Shown here piece by piece: positions 40,115-51,600 of a DNA stretch of 64,000 bases (within the stretch, counting starts at the first letter, position 1; every line of letters starts with the position of its first letter). The stretch covers positions 1-64,000 of the forward strand of contig CM074820.1 of NCBI GenBank assembly GCA_037447605.1, written 5' to 3'. The notes under the pieces were generated by a model. The model did no database searches, was not told the origin of the DNA, and was given only the letters and a program-made list of their open reading frames with translations. The translations under genes were made by a program, and so were the position numbers. Source of the stretch: Zygnema circumcarinatum SAG 698-1b (lineage: Eukaryota > Plantae > Zygnematophyceae).

Positions 40115-42634
40115 TCAGTCCATGCGCCCTTGAAGCTCGCGTGTGATGATCTTGTCGGGCGTTCTGCAGGGCATCCCGCACCCCTCGAGCTTCCCCGTCA
40201 GCCAGCACATCATCCACCGCCCCGGATGCCTCCCTCCCACAGCGGGAGACCACCGCCACAACGCCTATTGCGTGCGCGTGTGCAGAGGGCCACCCGCCAG
40301 TACACCCAAGACGGTGAAGCGAGTGGCGACGTGCGGCAGACATGGCGCTGGCTATCTTCTAAACAGCAGCTGTCAGCAACACAGACGGGTTTCAGGCAGG
40401 CGAGGGGCGCGGCTTACATGACAACGACCACACCGCCCCACCCACTCATCGCGTCACGGTCCACCGAAGATATCAGCGCTTGCGAGACGGTCTCAAAGAG
40501 CTCATCTGGATTCTGCAGCCCACACATATTGCATGCAGCTTAGCGCTCCCAAATAATGCCTACCAACTGACCTCTCGGACTCCCAAGAAAGTGAAACTCG
40601 CTCTGAACGTGTCATCGAAAAAAATTATTGTTCTTTCAGAAATAAGAAAGGCTTGCATACCGACAGGGGCTGAGCTTTCACAACCAATTCTTAATGTGAC
40701 AAGACTCCAAGTGAAAGCCTAGTTTCCACGAGGGAAGAAGAAGAAGTTTCCGTAGAAAGGTTTGTACATTCGGGACTGGACTTCAAGCTGCCCAACAAGC
40801 ATTTTTCTCTTGCTGAAAGGCCTCTCTGCTCATGGTAAAGAACTATGAGGGATTTCAAGCTGTTCCAAGGGGCAAGAAAGATGTAGACAACAAATTGCTC
40901 AAGCTCCCTTTAGTGTGCGACAAACGCAGGCGTCCTGCACAAGAACATTTCAGATCCGCCTGCCCACAGCCCGTCCTATTCAGGAAAAAGAGGAGGCTTC
41001 ACCATGTCGGGTCGGAAAAACGACTCGCATGCGCCATGTAGGGACTCACTCGCCGTTCCCGCAACAACAAAATCGTCTGCCGGTTGTCTGCACAACGCCC
41101 GCCAATTCTCTGTCTCAAGCGAATTGGGCGCAGGGCAATCCGCGAAGACGCAACTGGAAGTCGTGACTGGCTTTTAGGGTTTTTAGGGTTTTTTGGGTCT
41201 ATCCACTCCGTGCTGGATCGTAACGCACCAAATACTTGCTGTATAAACCCTCAAGAACCCTACAACTTGAAACTCCTCTAGACAACGGTAAACGTCTTTT
41301 CCAGTCAGATAGTGGGCTGGTAATGAGCCCAATGAATTCAAGACTCACAAAGCACCAATGAGGTCCATGGTGGCGAGATATGGAGTGCCGTCATCCTTGA
41401 GGCCCGCAATCACAGGCTCGATAAAGTACGGCCCAAACCTACAAGATGCAAAAACCGTCCACTTAGCCAGTTCCTCCACCTAAACGACCCCGAGTTCTTG
41501 AAGGCAAACTAACGAGCTAAATTTCACTCTCATTCACTGTCAAGCCATAACTCCCAACAAAAGATGCACAGCTGGCATATGTATCTGTCAGCATCTCGTG
41601 AATAGCATAACGATCTCGTTACGATTCTCGTCAAAAGGTCTCCAGCATTTGCACAGGGGAACCGAGTAATGTGAATTGCCAAGAGATACGAATGCGTGGA
41701 CACGTTTTATCCTGACGATAAAAAAATAACCTAACGACTCAAACGGCTGTGAAGATGTAGCAAAAACTACGAAGTTTGTGGCAGTTGCGTTCGGAACAGG
41801 TTTGTCAACACTGCAGTGTGAGTGTGCTGACAGAGATTTGAACCCTGAGATCTGCCTGCCCATGTATAGCAGGAAAACAAGGCATAATTCTAATGCACTT
41901 CAACAAAAAAAGCCCTAATTCATTTTAAAGAGAGCAAGTCCGTGAACACCGGCCTCCAAACGAAATGTTAGTCAGGTTTACAACTGCAATGCTTTGCCTC
42001 TTGGTAATCGTTGGAAGATGAAGATTTGAAGGAAAGAAAAAAACCTTTTCTCATAGAGCATGTTCGAGAGCACACTTGCCATCGTGTCTGGCTGCATCCG
42101 CCTCTCCTCTCGCAACTCATACAGTTTGTGTCGAAACTGAAGGCGCTGAGCTCTGCCTACGTCGCCTCCAACTCCAGGCGTCAGCGAGCGGTAGGCGGCT
42201 AAGAGTGCAGAACACAAGCCCAGCAGAGTACTGTAAAGTGGGAGAGCGATACAGGGTTTTGGATATTCCAAAGCCTTATTCCTGGCACATGAGAATCAAC
42301 GAAATTCCAGGAGGCTCAGGAGTCCTGAGGTATGAGGTGACTGACATGGTCTGCACGTCCGTGCCAAGCCCGGAAATAGCGATGAAGAGGGAGTCGTGGA
42401 TGCGGAAGACGCGCTGGAAGTCGCAGGCGATGGTCTGCAGCTCAACGCCGAATCGACGGTCGCTGGCGATGGCGACGCAGTCCTTGCCCGCCATGGCTAC
42501 CACGGCGCTGCCGTTGTACGCGAGGATCTGCGCGGCCCGCCCCGCCCCTCCGTCAGCGAGGGCCCGCAGAGGCGCCAGGCAGCGCAGCCCCAGCCAACCC
42601 GGCCCATGGCCCCGGCCCCCGCACTCACCGACAT
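40115..42634 (-). CDS. PBC1: 20S proteasome subunit beta type-3, 6 exons
   Basis: MS|[42 protein letters not shown]|[60 protein letters not shown]. Confidence 0.96.
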
Positions 42635-43181
42635 GGCGCCCGCCCTCGCGCCGCTCCTCCCTCCTCCCTCCTCCCTCCTCCCTCCTCCCTCCTTCCCGTC
42701 CTCCCTTCCCTCCTCACCCTCCCTCCCTCCCTCCCTCCCTCCACCGCGCGGCGCGCAGCGTGACTCGCAGTTAGGGATGGCCCGCGTTATAAATTCCGAA
42801 TACATTATATACTTTACAACGGGTTTAAAAGTAGTAATATATCATAAAGTAAAAGACTTTATTATATATATTATACCCACTCGTTTTGAACAATTGACGA
42901 CCGTACGACCGTGCTGGTACTGTCGTACGGTCGTACCATACCAAAATTAGGTCGTTTTGGCGTTGGCGTTGCGAAATGCGTCCGTGTAGCGTAGTGGAGC
43001 TGCGCTCGACGGATCCGCGTCAGTTCAGTTGTACTTGACATATGCCTCTTCAGTGTCACGGACCGGCATAATCCAGGAGCTGCCGACAGAATGCGAGAAG
43101 GCGGCGCCATGTGTTGGCGGCGCACGGAACAGCACACCATCCAGCAAGGCGNNNNNNNNNNNNNNNNNNNNNNNNNNNNNN

Positions 43182-46100
43182 ACAGATCGACTTTTCTACG
43201 TGTCAACTGCACTTATCTGCTGGCGGGACAGATTGCTCCTTCCCCATCATCCTCGAGTCCTTTGCCACCTCCACCTTCCCCAAACGACACGCCACGGCGC
43301 AGGTCTCCTACCCAGAGATCAACATGTACCATGCGGTCGGCAGTCCCCATTCTTCCTATGGATCTGCCAATTCTGATACCGAGGACGAGACTCCCCCTCC
43401 TCCAAGTCCAGCCCTCTGTGCGCCGACGGAAGACCTTTTGCCGCCGGTGATAGCTACACCCAACTTTCCCGCCCACGAGACCATCAGTGATGAAGAGTGG
43501 CTGAAGATAGAGGGACAGATGCGATTGGGGCTAGTAGTACTCTCAGACCCAATCAAGCATTCGCAACTGCGACAAGTGCTGCGCCGCAATCACCTAGTTT
43601 TTGCCCGCCATGCACTCGACATCGGAAAGACCCACCTGATTGAGCATCACATCGATACGGGAGATTCCCCCCTAGTGATGACCATGACCCCTTATCGCTT
43701 TTCCGCTGCTCAACAGGCCGATGTCGAAAGACAGATCGATGAGAATGTGGCTGCCGGATTGATGGAACCTGGAGAAGGACCTTGGGCCAGCCCGGCCGTT
43801 TTGCCACCAAAGCCGGATAAGTACCACTTCGCCTCGCGGAGACTATCTGAACCGAACGCAGTTGGACGGCGGGATCCCTATACATTGCCGGATGTGACTC
43901 ATCCTCCACGGCGCCTGGTTTACCAGCCCTCAAGACGGATATGCGGTCCCTCCTCGCGTATCCTTTTGGCGCATGTAAAGTCATCGCCGCAGCGACAGGC
44001 TTCGCACGCCACACGCCAAGCAGCGGGATGCTTCCCTTTGGGCTCAAGAATTCCAGCCAGACTCACCAGCGCCTGGCCAACCAGGTGTTCGGCCCCTGTC
44101 GTGCCTTCTGCGAACCTTACGTGGATGATGCTTCCCTCCACAGCAAGGATTGGTCCTCCCACCGCAACATTGACTAAGTAACGCAATCGCCATCAAGGCG
44201 CTACTAAGATCGCCTCAAGAAATGCAGTTTCGCCAATGTGAGATCAATACTCACCTGCATATCGCCTTGGCATCACTCTGGACCGCCATCACTGCATAAA
44301 AATCGAGGCCATCACCTCATGCTGCCTACGTAACCTCACTCAGCTCAAATCTTTCTTGGGACTCACCTCATTCTATCGCCGGTTCATCAAGGGTTATGCC
44401 CTTATCGCGCGTCCCCTACATGCCTTGGAGAAACACGGAGTCCACTACGAATGGAGCCGAGCGCAGGATCTGTCCTTCCATGCGCTCAAGAGTGCCCTCC
44501 TTCAGGCTCCTTGTCTGCATCAATTCGACCCCACCCTGCCCGCAATCATTGACGCCGACTGGAGTCAGACGGGCTTTGGGGCAATGGCCACCAAGCATTC
44601 TTCCGATGGAACACCGTCAAGCATGCTAGCGTGGTCCTGCTCGAAACTGAGACCAAGATGTTCTACGCAGGGCGCGGCACGCTATTCTCCGGGCACTGGT
44701 ATTTAAGCTCTTACAACCTACCCCATTGTCATTCGGACTCCACTCCACATGCCACTCACTTGGCCGCACATCATGGTTACCCTACGCACCCCAAGTTTGC
44801 ACGCCGCGACGGCGCCGAGGAGTATAATGTACTCAAGGTCACTCACCGTCCCGGACGGAGCCACGGCAATGCAGACAGCCTCAGTCGAAATCCTTCGGCT
44901 CCACTCCTCTGTCACGATCCGGCCGTTCCTGAACCCATCCCCCCACCTACCCTCTTAAACCCTGAGCATCTTCCCATCGAGATTTTTATTGCAGATCAAG
45001 ACCTGCATGATGTCATATTCGCCGATGGGCTGATTGATATTCCGGCCACGGCCACCACCCTCCATCGCTGGCAAGACCCTGACTTCACCCACGGCCACCC
45101 TCATGCGGATCCTTGGGAACTCCTCATGGATGACGACGGCGAAGCTCCCTTTCTTCCTCCCCACTTCCCCAGTGCCAATGACGTTCACTCTGACTCCTCT
45201 CTTCTGCGTTACGTCATGACTCACACACTGCCCCCTTTTATCACTGACACCGAGAGGGCTCGGCTGCTCCGCCGCGCTCGGAACTTCTCTGTTGATGATG
45301 ATGGTTAGATTCTCTACCTCCCCTCCGGCCTTCCTGTTCCTTTCCCCAACGAGCGCATGGAGATCCTGGATGTCGCCCACTATGCCCAGCCTGCCGGATT
45401 CCACCTTGGCCAGAAGAAGATGGTCGCCATGCTGCAGGAGCGCTATTACTGGCCCGGACTCCATGGCGCAGTGAGCCGATACGTCGAAACTTGCACCCGT
45501 TGCCAACGCGGCAAGCGCTCTGCTCCCTTCGACCGCCAACCCCTAGAGATGGGTGAGATCCCGATACAAGGCGTTGCAGAAGATTGGAACATTGACACCT
45601 TTTCTATCCCCCAGCTCGGCACCCCCTCTGGCTACATTCGGGTATTCCTAGCAGTGGACAGATAAACCAAATGGGTGGAAGTTCACGCGACAGAATCTAA
45701 GCACTCAGTCCACTCTGCTCGTCTCCTGACGGCCATCATTCACCGTCACTCTCTCCCCTACTCTGTTCACTCTGACAATGGCACCGAATACAAGGGGGCG
45801 TTTGCCAAGCTCATGCAAGACTTCCGCATCATTCACCGCACCTCTAGCCCCTACTCCCCCTGGCAGAATGGGCTTGCAGAACGTACCATACAGACGGTCA
45901 AGGATGCGTGCGTTCGCGGCTGCGCGGAGCTGGAGGCGGACTGGCGCGAGGTCATCCCCTCACGGTCTTCACTTACAACACTTGATTTGCACTCCTCCAG
46001 CGGCTTCTCCTACGAGCTCCTCACATGGCCGAAGTAAGCCACGCATTCCCACATGACCTCCTCTTTCTGTTGTTGACCCCTCTTCCACGATGGCCTCCCG

Positions 46101-46369
46101 GTCGGGTAGCCCAACCCGGCTCGGCCCTCGGCTTCAAACCCTAGATTCCATGGCATCCCACCACCTCGAACGCGCGCACAGACAACAACTCACTGACTTT
46201 GGGAGGCGCCGACGCGCTGCTCTCCCGCCCAATCAGGTCGCGCCACGTCAGCTCATTTGGCTCAGGAATCTCGCCAAACCAACTCAACGGGCTTTTCCGT
46301 GGTTGGGCCCCTTCATTTGTGTCGGTCCGTCGGAGATCCCAGGCTGGGCCATCATTTCGGAAGGCCCTG
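43182..46369 (+). pseudogene. Disrupted pol (RT-RNase H-integrase) of the middle Gypsy element; integrase tail resumes at 53632-53720
   Basis: IEHHIDTGD, GPWASP, PFGLKNS, YVDD, FLGLTSFYRRFIKGYA, ADWS, HRPGRSHGNADSLSR, HHCC zinc finger (H..HLG..YYWP..CTRC), VHSDNGTEY, QNGLAER, WLGPF; several frameshifts and stops. Confidence 0.9.
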
Positions 46370-47084
46370 TGTAGCGAAACGCTACAGTCACCCCAAGGGG
46401 AAGGATTACTTAAAGCCCGGCGTGGCCTTATGTTTACATCCAATGCATTACCTAATGGTTAGGGCATCGGATACCCTATAGGACGATGGAGGTCCTAGGT
46501 TCGAACCGTAAGAACTGGTTCACACGTGGGGGCACCACATAGTCACGGTGCGCCCCACATCACCCGCCAAGGTCCCCTCCTCGACTTAAGGGAGGATTGG
46601 GGATTAACGGCACCACGGGGATCCATCCGGGTCCCGCTGACCGGGATCTCGCCGCTGTCCGATCCCCTTTTGGAATTCCGGCCGGCCGTCTGCATAAGCA
46701 TGCGTTACCGGTTGGGTACGCGACGGGTTTTATTAATCGCACTCCTCATGTGGTCAGCGCGCTGGCCAAGGAATGCGGCGAATGCTCAGACAGATAATCT
46801 CCTCAATCTACGTCGAGAGACACGCCGCAGTCACATCGGGATGTTTCGCCTAACTCTCCATGCCGTAGAGGTTCAATCTGGGAAGCATATAGTGGGCTTA
46901 GGGACCGCTCGGGCCACCCAACCAATGCATCGGCATTCGGTTGCACCTCGCCTCTGTGTGGTCGCCAATCCTCTCGCTTTTCTCTCTCTCTCTCTCACAC
47001 TTTCTGACTGTGCGCCGAAAGCAGGCCGAGAGAGATTCCGGGCCAAGTAAGACCCAGGGGGATTAGCCCCCATGGCCCGCTACA
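46370..47084 (+). repeat. 5' LTR of the chromovirus
   Basis: Starts TGTAGCGAAACGCTACA, ends GCTACA; first about 235 nt nearly identical to the sequence from 52884. Confidence 0.9.
46448..46511 (+). promoter_or_regulatory. tRNA-derived A-box/B-box (Pol III type 2 promoter-like) module in the LTR; second copy at 52963-53026
   Basis: TTACCTAATGGTTAGGGC (D-arm/A-box-like), AGGTC variable loop, CTAGGTTCGAACC (B-box GTTCRANNC). Confidence 0.6.
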
Positions 47085-47344
47085 AGCAGTATCGAGTCGC
47101 TAAGGCGGGCGCTTCGAAAAGACCTAGTGGGTCATGGTGACCACTCACGCCGGAGGGGACCCGGGCCCCCTGCCGCCATCTTCCACCACCCGGCCCCGAC
47201 GTGACGGGGAGAACTCTGAGATCAGCAAATCTCCTACGAGGGCCCGGGCCCCCGAAGCCCACCGATGACCAAGGTCATCCGTGAATGCCGCCCTCCTTCG
47301 GGTAAGCACCGGAGCCGTTGGCTCCGGCAGACTCCGCCGATCCC

Positions 47345-48650
47345 ATGATCGGGGCCCACATCACGGTGGGCGCGTCCTTGAAGATGAAGAAGAGGATCGA
47401 CGATCTAGGAACGGATGTAAGGCAGCAGCGCGTCTCCACCATGGCCTGTTCGAGGAAGGTGGACGACATGGAGCTCACGGTCCGCCGCCTGGTGGACACG
47501 CTCCAAATGGAATTCAGGGGCCTTTCAGACAGGCTTCGGAGGATCGAGGAAGGTATGCCCCACACCCCCTCAGCCAGAGGCAAGTGGATGCAAAGCAGTC
47601 CTCGGGAAGGGGTTAGCATACCACTCCGCCGCCATTACCGACGCCCCAACCGCCGCCGGAAGTACCGGGTAGCAGCCCGCCCCCCTCGCCTCCTCAACAG
47701 GGGAGTCACCTCCACCTGGTGTAGGGCGAACCACCAAATAGCAGGGGACCCCCATCCGGGCAACCGGGCCGGGCGGGCGGAGGAGATCCCAGCCCTCTGG
47801 ACGCCCTCCAAGAACCTTACCGGGAGGATGCCAGAATCGGGCCAAAGTGGCCCCGCTTTCCTTCTGGGGTGAACATCCTAACACGGACTGCTCCATCGAG
47901 CAGTGGTTGGGTCAAACGAAGGGTTACCTTCTTGCGACCAACTGTCCCCCCCTCCAGTGGGTAAGCTTTGCTTACCCAGCACTCAAAGGAGCCGCATACC
48001 GTGTGTATGAGGGTCTCTTTGATGAGATTGGGGACGATTGGGATAAGTTCAGAGATGAACTCATCAAACACTTTGGGGCCTTGGATCCTGGCTTGGAGGC
48101 CCGGGATAAATTTCAGAACATGGTCCAAACCGGCAGCGTCAAGCAGTTTCTGCGAGACCTGCGACAGGTGGTGCCACAAATCACCACCCACAAGCCTGGT
48201 CAGGCTGAGTTCTTTTTCCACTTCAGGAATGGCCTTAAACCACACCTGAGGAAGCAGCTACGGACTAACCCACGGACTCTGAAACCGTGGGACCCCGCTG
48301 ACTCTGAGCTGTACTTTGATGCAGCCATTCAGTTGGACACCGCCCCTGCAGGCGATGCAGGCCCTTCCCGACCCCAGCAGAGGTCGGGCGACGTGACAGG
48401 GTCGTGGAAGGCGGGACCCTCAGCTCCTGCCAAGATGGCAGGAAAGAACAAGCGGAAGCAGCCGGAAGCGACTGCCCGCCTAGCCACTGCAAGGCCGCAG
48501 AAGTTGACTCCAGAGGAAATGGAGAAGATGCAGCGGGAGAACAAGTGTTTCCGCTGCCGCAAGGAGGGGCACAAGGCCCGGGATTGCCCCCTGAATGCTA
48601 AGGACAGGAAGGGCAAGGGACCGGAAAACACCAACCCACCAGCAGTTTAG
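47345..48650 (+). CDS. gag: Chromovirus gag (one apparent frameshift near 47600-47850; start approximate)
   Basis: Coiled-coil N-terminus, capsid motifs (WDKFRDELIKHF, QTGSVKQF, FRNGLKPHLR), CCHC knuckle CFRCRKEGHKARDC. Confidence 0.85.
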
Positions 48651-48666
48651 GAGTCCCTGCTGGTGG
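48623..48666 (+). promoter_or_regulatory. Putative -1 programmed ribosomal frameshift signal (gag to pol)
   Basis: G_GAA_AAC heptamer in the gag frame, 6-nt spacer, perfect 10-bp stem CCACCAGCAG/CTGCTGGTGG enclosing the gag stop. Confidence 0.65.
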
Positions 48667-51600
48667 AGAGAATAGGTTAGGGGATGGGACGAAAGCTGCC
48701 GTCAAGGTTAAGGGACTTTTGTGGCTTAGGACCACGGACATTCTTAAACTGATGGGCAGACCTTTGGGGGTGCACGATCTTGTTGTGTGTCATGCGCTCC
48801 CTGATTTCATGTCTCTTTTTCTGCCACCGTGGTGACTCCCTCTAGGTTTATGGATGTAATGATGCGTGGCCAGTGGCATGTTTCAATTCTCAATGTTATG
48901 GGGGATGAAATCTTGATGAGATGTGCCATGGATGCCTTGCATGTCTTGCGGGATACTTCCCACATCCTTGGGCTGCATGTGCTGGTTCCTCAGCACATGG
49001 CAGTTCGCACCTTTCCCAACGCCACTTGGCGGTTGGTGAAACAGTTGAGGAAAGGGCACGAGTTGGTGCAGACGATGGAAGGACCCACCAGTTCGCTGGT
49101 TGGATCCCCCTACACCTTGGTGTGGAGGACGGCTCGTCCTCAACCCTCGCATATAGTGCGATCTTTGTTCCATCTTGCCCATCGTGCCATGACCTTCACC
49201 GGGTCAGCCAATGGCCACCCAGCAGTCATACTGCTAGATACTGGGGCAGATGCTAACTTTGTTAGTTCTGCATTCACCCAGAGATTTGGGTTGACCACAG
49301 ATCCCCATTCGGAAAGTGTTACTTTCGGGAACGGACGCAAGGGCCAAATCTCTGGTAGTGTCACACTCAAGATCAAGCTCCAGTCCTACTCCGGGGCAGT
49401 AAAGTGTCTTTTGACACAACTGGCTCCGAGTACAGATGTTATTTTAGGGAGTGCTTGGTTAACCATGGTCAAAGCCCAATTGGATTTTTCCATCCCACAC
49501 TGCATTCTGCACAGAGGGGATAGGCGCATCACCCTGCACCCTGGCAAACCCACTGCTATCACGCAGGTTGATACTCCTTATCTCTGCTCGGCCGTGCAAT
49601 TGGCCAAAGCTGTTAAGGAGGGTTGCACCTTGTTCATGGTGCATGTCATGACAGCCACTGAGGATGTGCATGACGAAGATCAGGAATGGCAGATCACATC
49701 TACGGATGTGCTCTCGGCCGTTCCACCCAAAATCCAACCTCTGTTGGATGAGTTCAGGGATGTTTTCCCTGATGACCTCCCAAGAGGGTTGCCACCGTCT
49801 CGAGGAGTCGGGCACACCATCCTCAGCTCGAAAGCAAAAGCCGCCTGGGCGGCCGACGCATCGCTAAGTCCTAAGAGATGCGTAGCTAAATTGGCAACTT
49901 TATTTGACAAGGTAATGGATAAAGCAGCCGTAGCCCCTTTGGGGCTCTGATCTTGTTCTGCCGGGAAGCCAAAAGTGCATGGGTTTGTTGAGATGCATTG
50001 ATTATCACAAGCACTCAACAAGATCACCGTAAAGAACCGTTTTTCTTTACCACGTATTGATGATCTGTTGGATCGTCTTCACGGCGCCAAGGTGTTTACA
50101 TCACTTGATCTTGCTCGTGGTATTATCGATCCGCGCCACGGAAGTCGATGTGCCAAAACTGCCCTGACATTGGTCATTTCCAATATAAGGTGTTGCCCTT
50201 TGATTCGACTAATGCCCTACGACTTTCCGTGTCAGAATGAATCCAGATGTCTACTCCAAGATGGACGAAGTTTGTTTTGGTTTACCTCGATGATATCCTT
50301 GTCTTCAGTAAGACAGAGGAGGAACATCTTGAACACGTTCGGAAAGTGTTTGAGGTACTGAGGACGAACCAGTTTTATGCCAAGAGAAAGAAGTGTCACT
50401 TCATGCAACGTGAGTTGCTATATCTTGGGCATATTCTCAATGATCAGGGCCTTCGGCCAGATCCTGCCAAGGTTTCTGCGGTAGAAACTTGGGCGCCACC
50501 GACTGACTTACATCAGTTGCGGTCATTCTTAGGATTTGCGAATTATTTCCGTAAATTCATCCAAGGGTTTAGTAAGCTGGTTACTCCCTTGACCAATTTG
50601 ACGCGTTCCGGTGTCCCCTTTGTATGGACCCCTGAGTGCCAGGAAGCATTCGAGGGTGTCCGCCATGCACTTGTTACCGCACCTACTCTCCGTTTAGCGG
50701 ACCCGTCCAAACCTTATGAAGTGGTTTGTGATGCTTCGGGATTCGCCTTGGGTGCCGTCTTGTTTCAGGATGGTCAACCTCTGGCGTATGAAAGTCGCGA
50801 AAATGAATCTCCGCTGAAGCGCAACTATTCTCGCAATTAACAGAACCGCTATAAAGGGTCTACCGAGGACATGGCGTTATTTGAGGGGCGAAGCGTCACG
50901 CTGTCACGACCACGCCGGCCGACGCCTTTCCGACTCCAACACCTTGTCTAGGGCGCAAGTGCACGCCGTCTGAGTTCCTCCAAAGGTTTGACCGCCAAAG
51001 GGGTTTATCGAATTTAAGGTTGGAATGTACATCTAATCGAAAGCAAAAGTGCTCTGCGATCTTGCCCTGATGGTGCTACTGCTTCACTCGAGTGTTGGTG
51101 GAACTTAGATGACAGAGGTGAGGGGCCGCCAACCCCGAAGCCCTCGCCTCCAAAGATGCTTTTGTCATAGATCCTCCACCAAGACGCAGCCACCTCCTCG
51201 CCTCTCGACCTCGCATTTGATGATTCAGAGGGGTATACTGGGTGATCCTTGTTCCTCGGATGGCCAAGGTAATGGCTATAAGGACAAAGTGGTGTCTAAG
51301 GACGGATTTTGGTACCACGGCCAGCAGTTGGTCGTGCCCAAGGCCGGGACTGTACGGCAGCTCATTCTGAGTGAGTTACATGATCCTCCGCATCGTCACA
51401 TGGAGTTGCCAAAACCCGCGAGGCACCGCCTCCGTGAGTTCGGGTGGCCTCGACTCTGAGAGGGACGTGTGGAAAGCGATATCCTCGCTTGTCCAACTTG
51501 TCAACGAAACAAACCCCGCACTGGCAGGATCCCTGGCCAGCTGCAACCCCTCACACCTCCTTTTCGGAAATGGGATAGTGTGGGTATGGACTTGATCACG

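Noticed and set aside
46440-46520. Functional tRNA gene in the LTR
   Set aside because: No acceptor stem, a 3/5 T-stem and an oversized anticodon arm; kept only as a tRNA-derived promoter-like module
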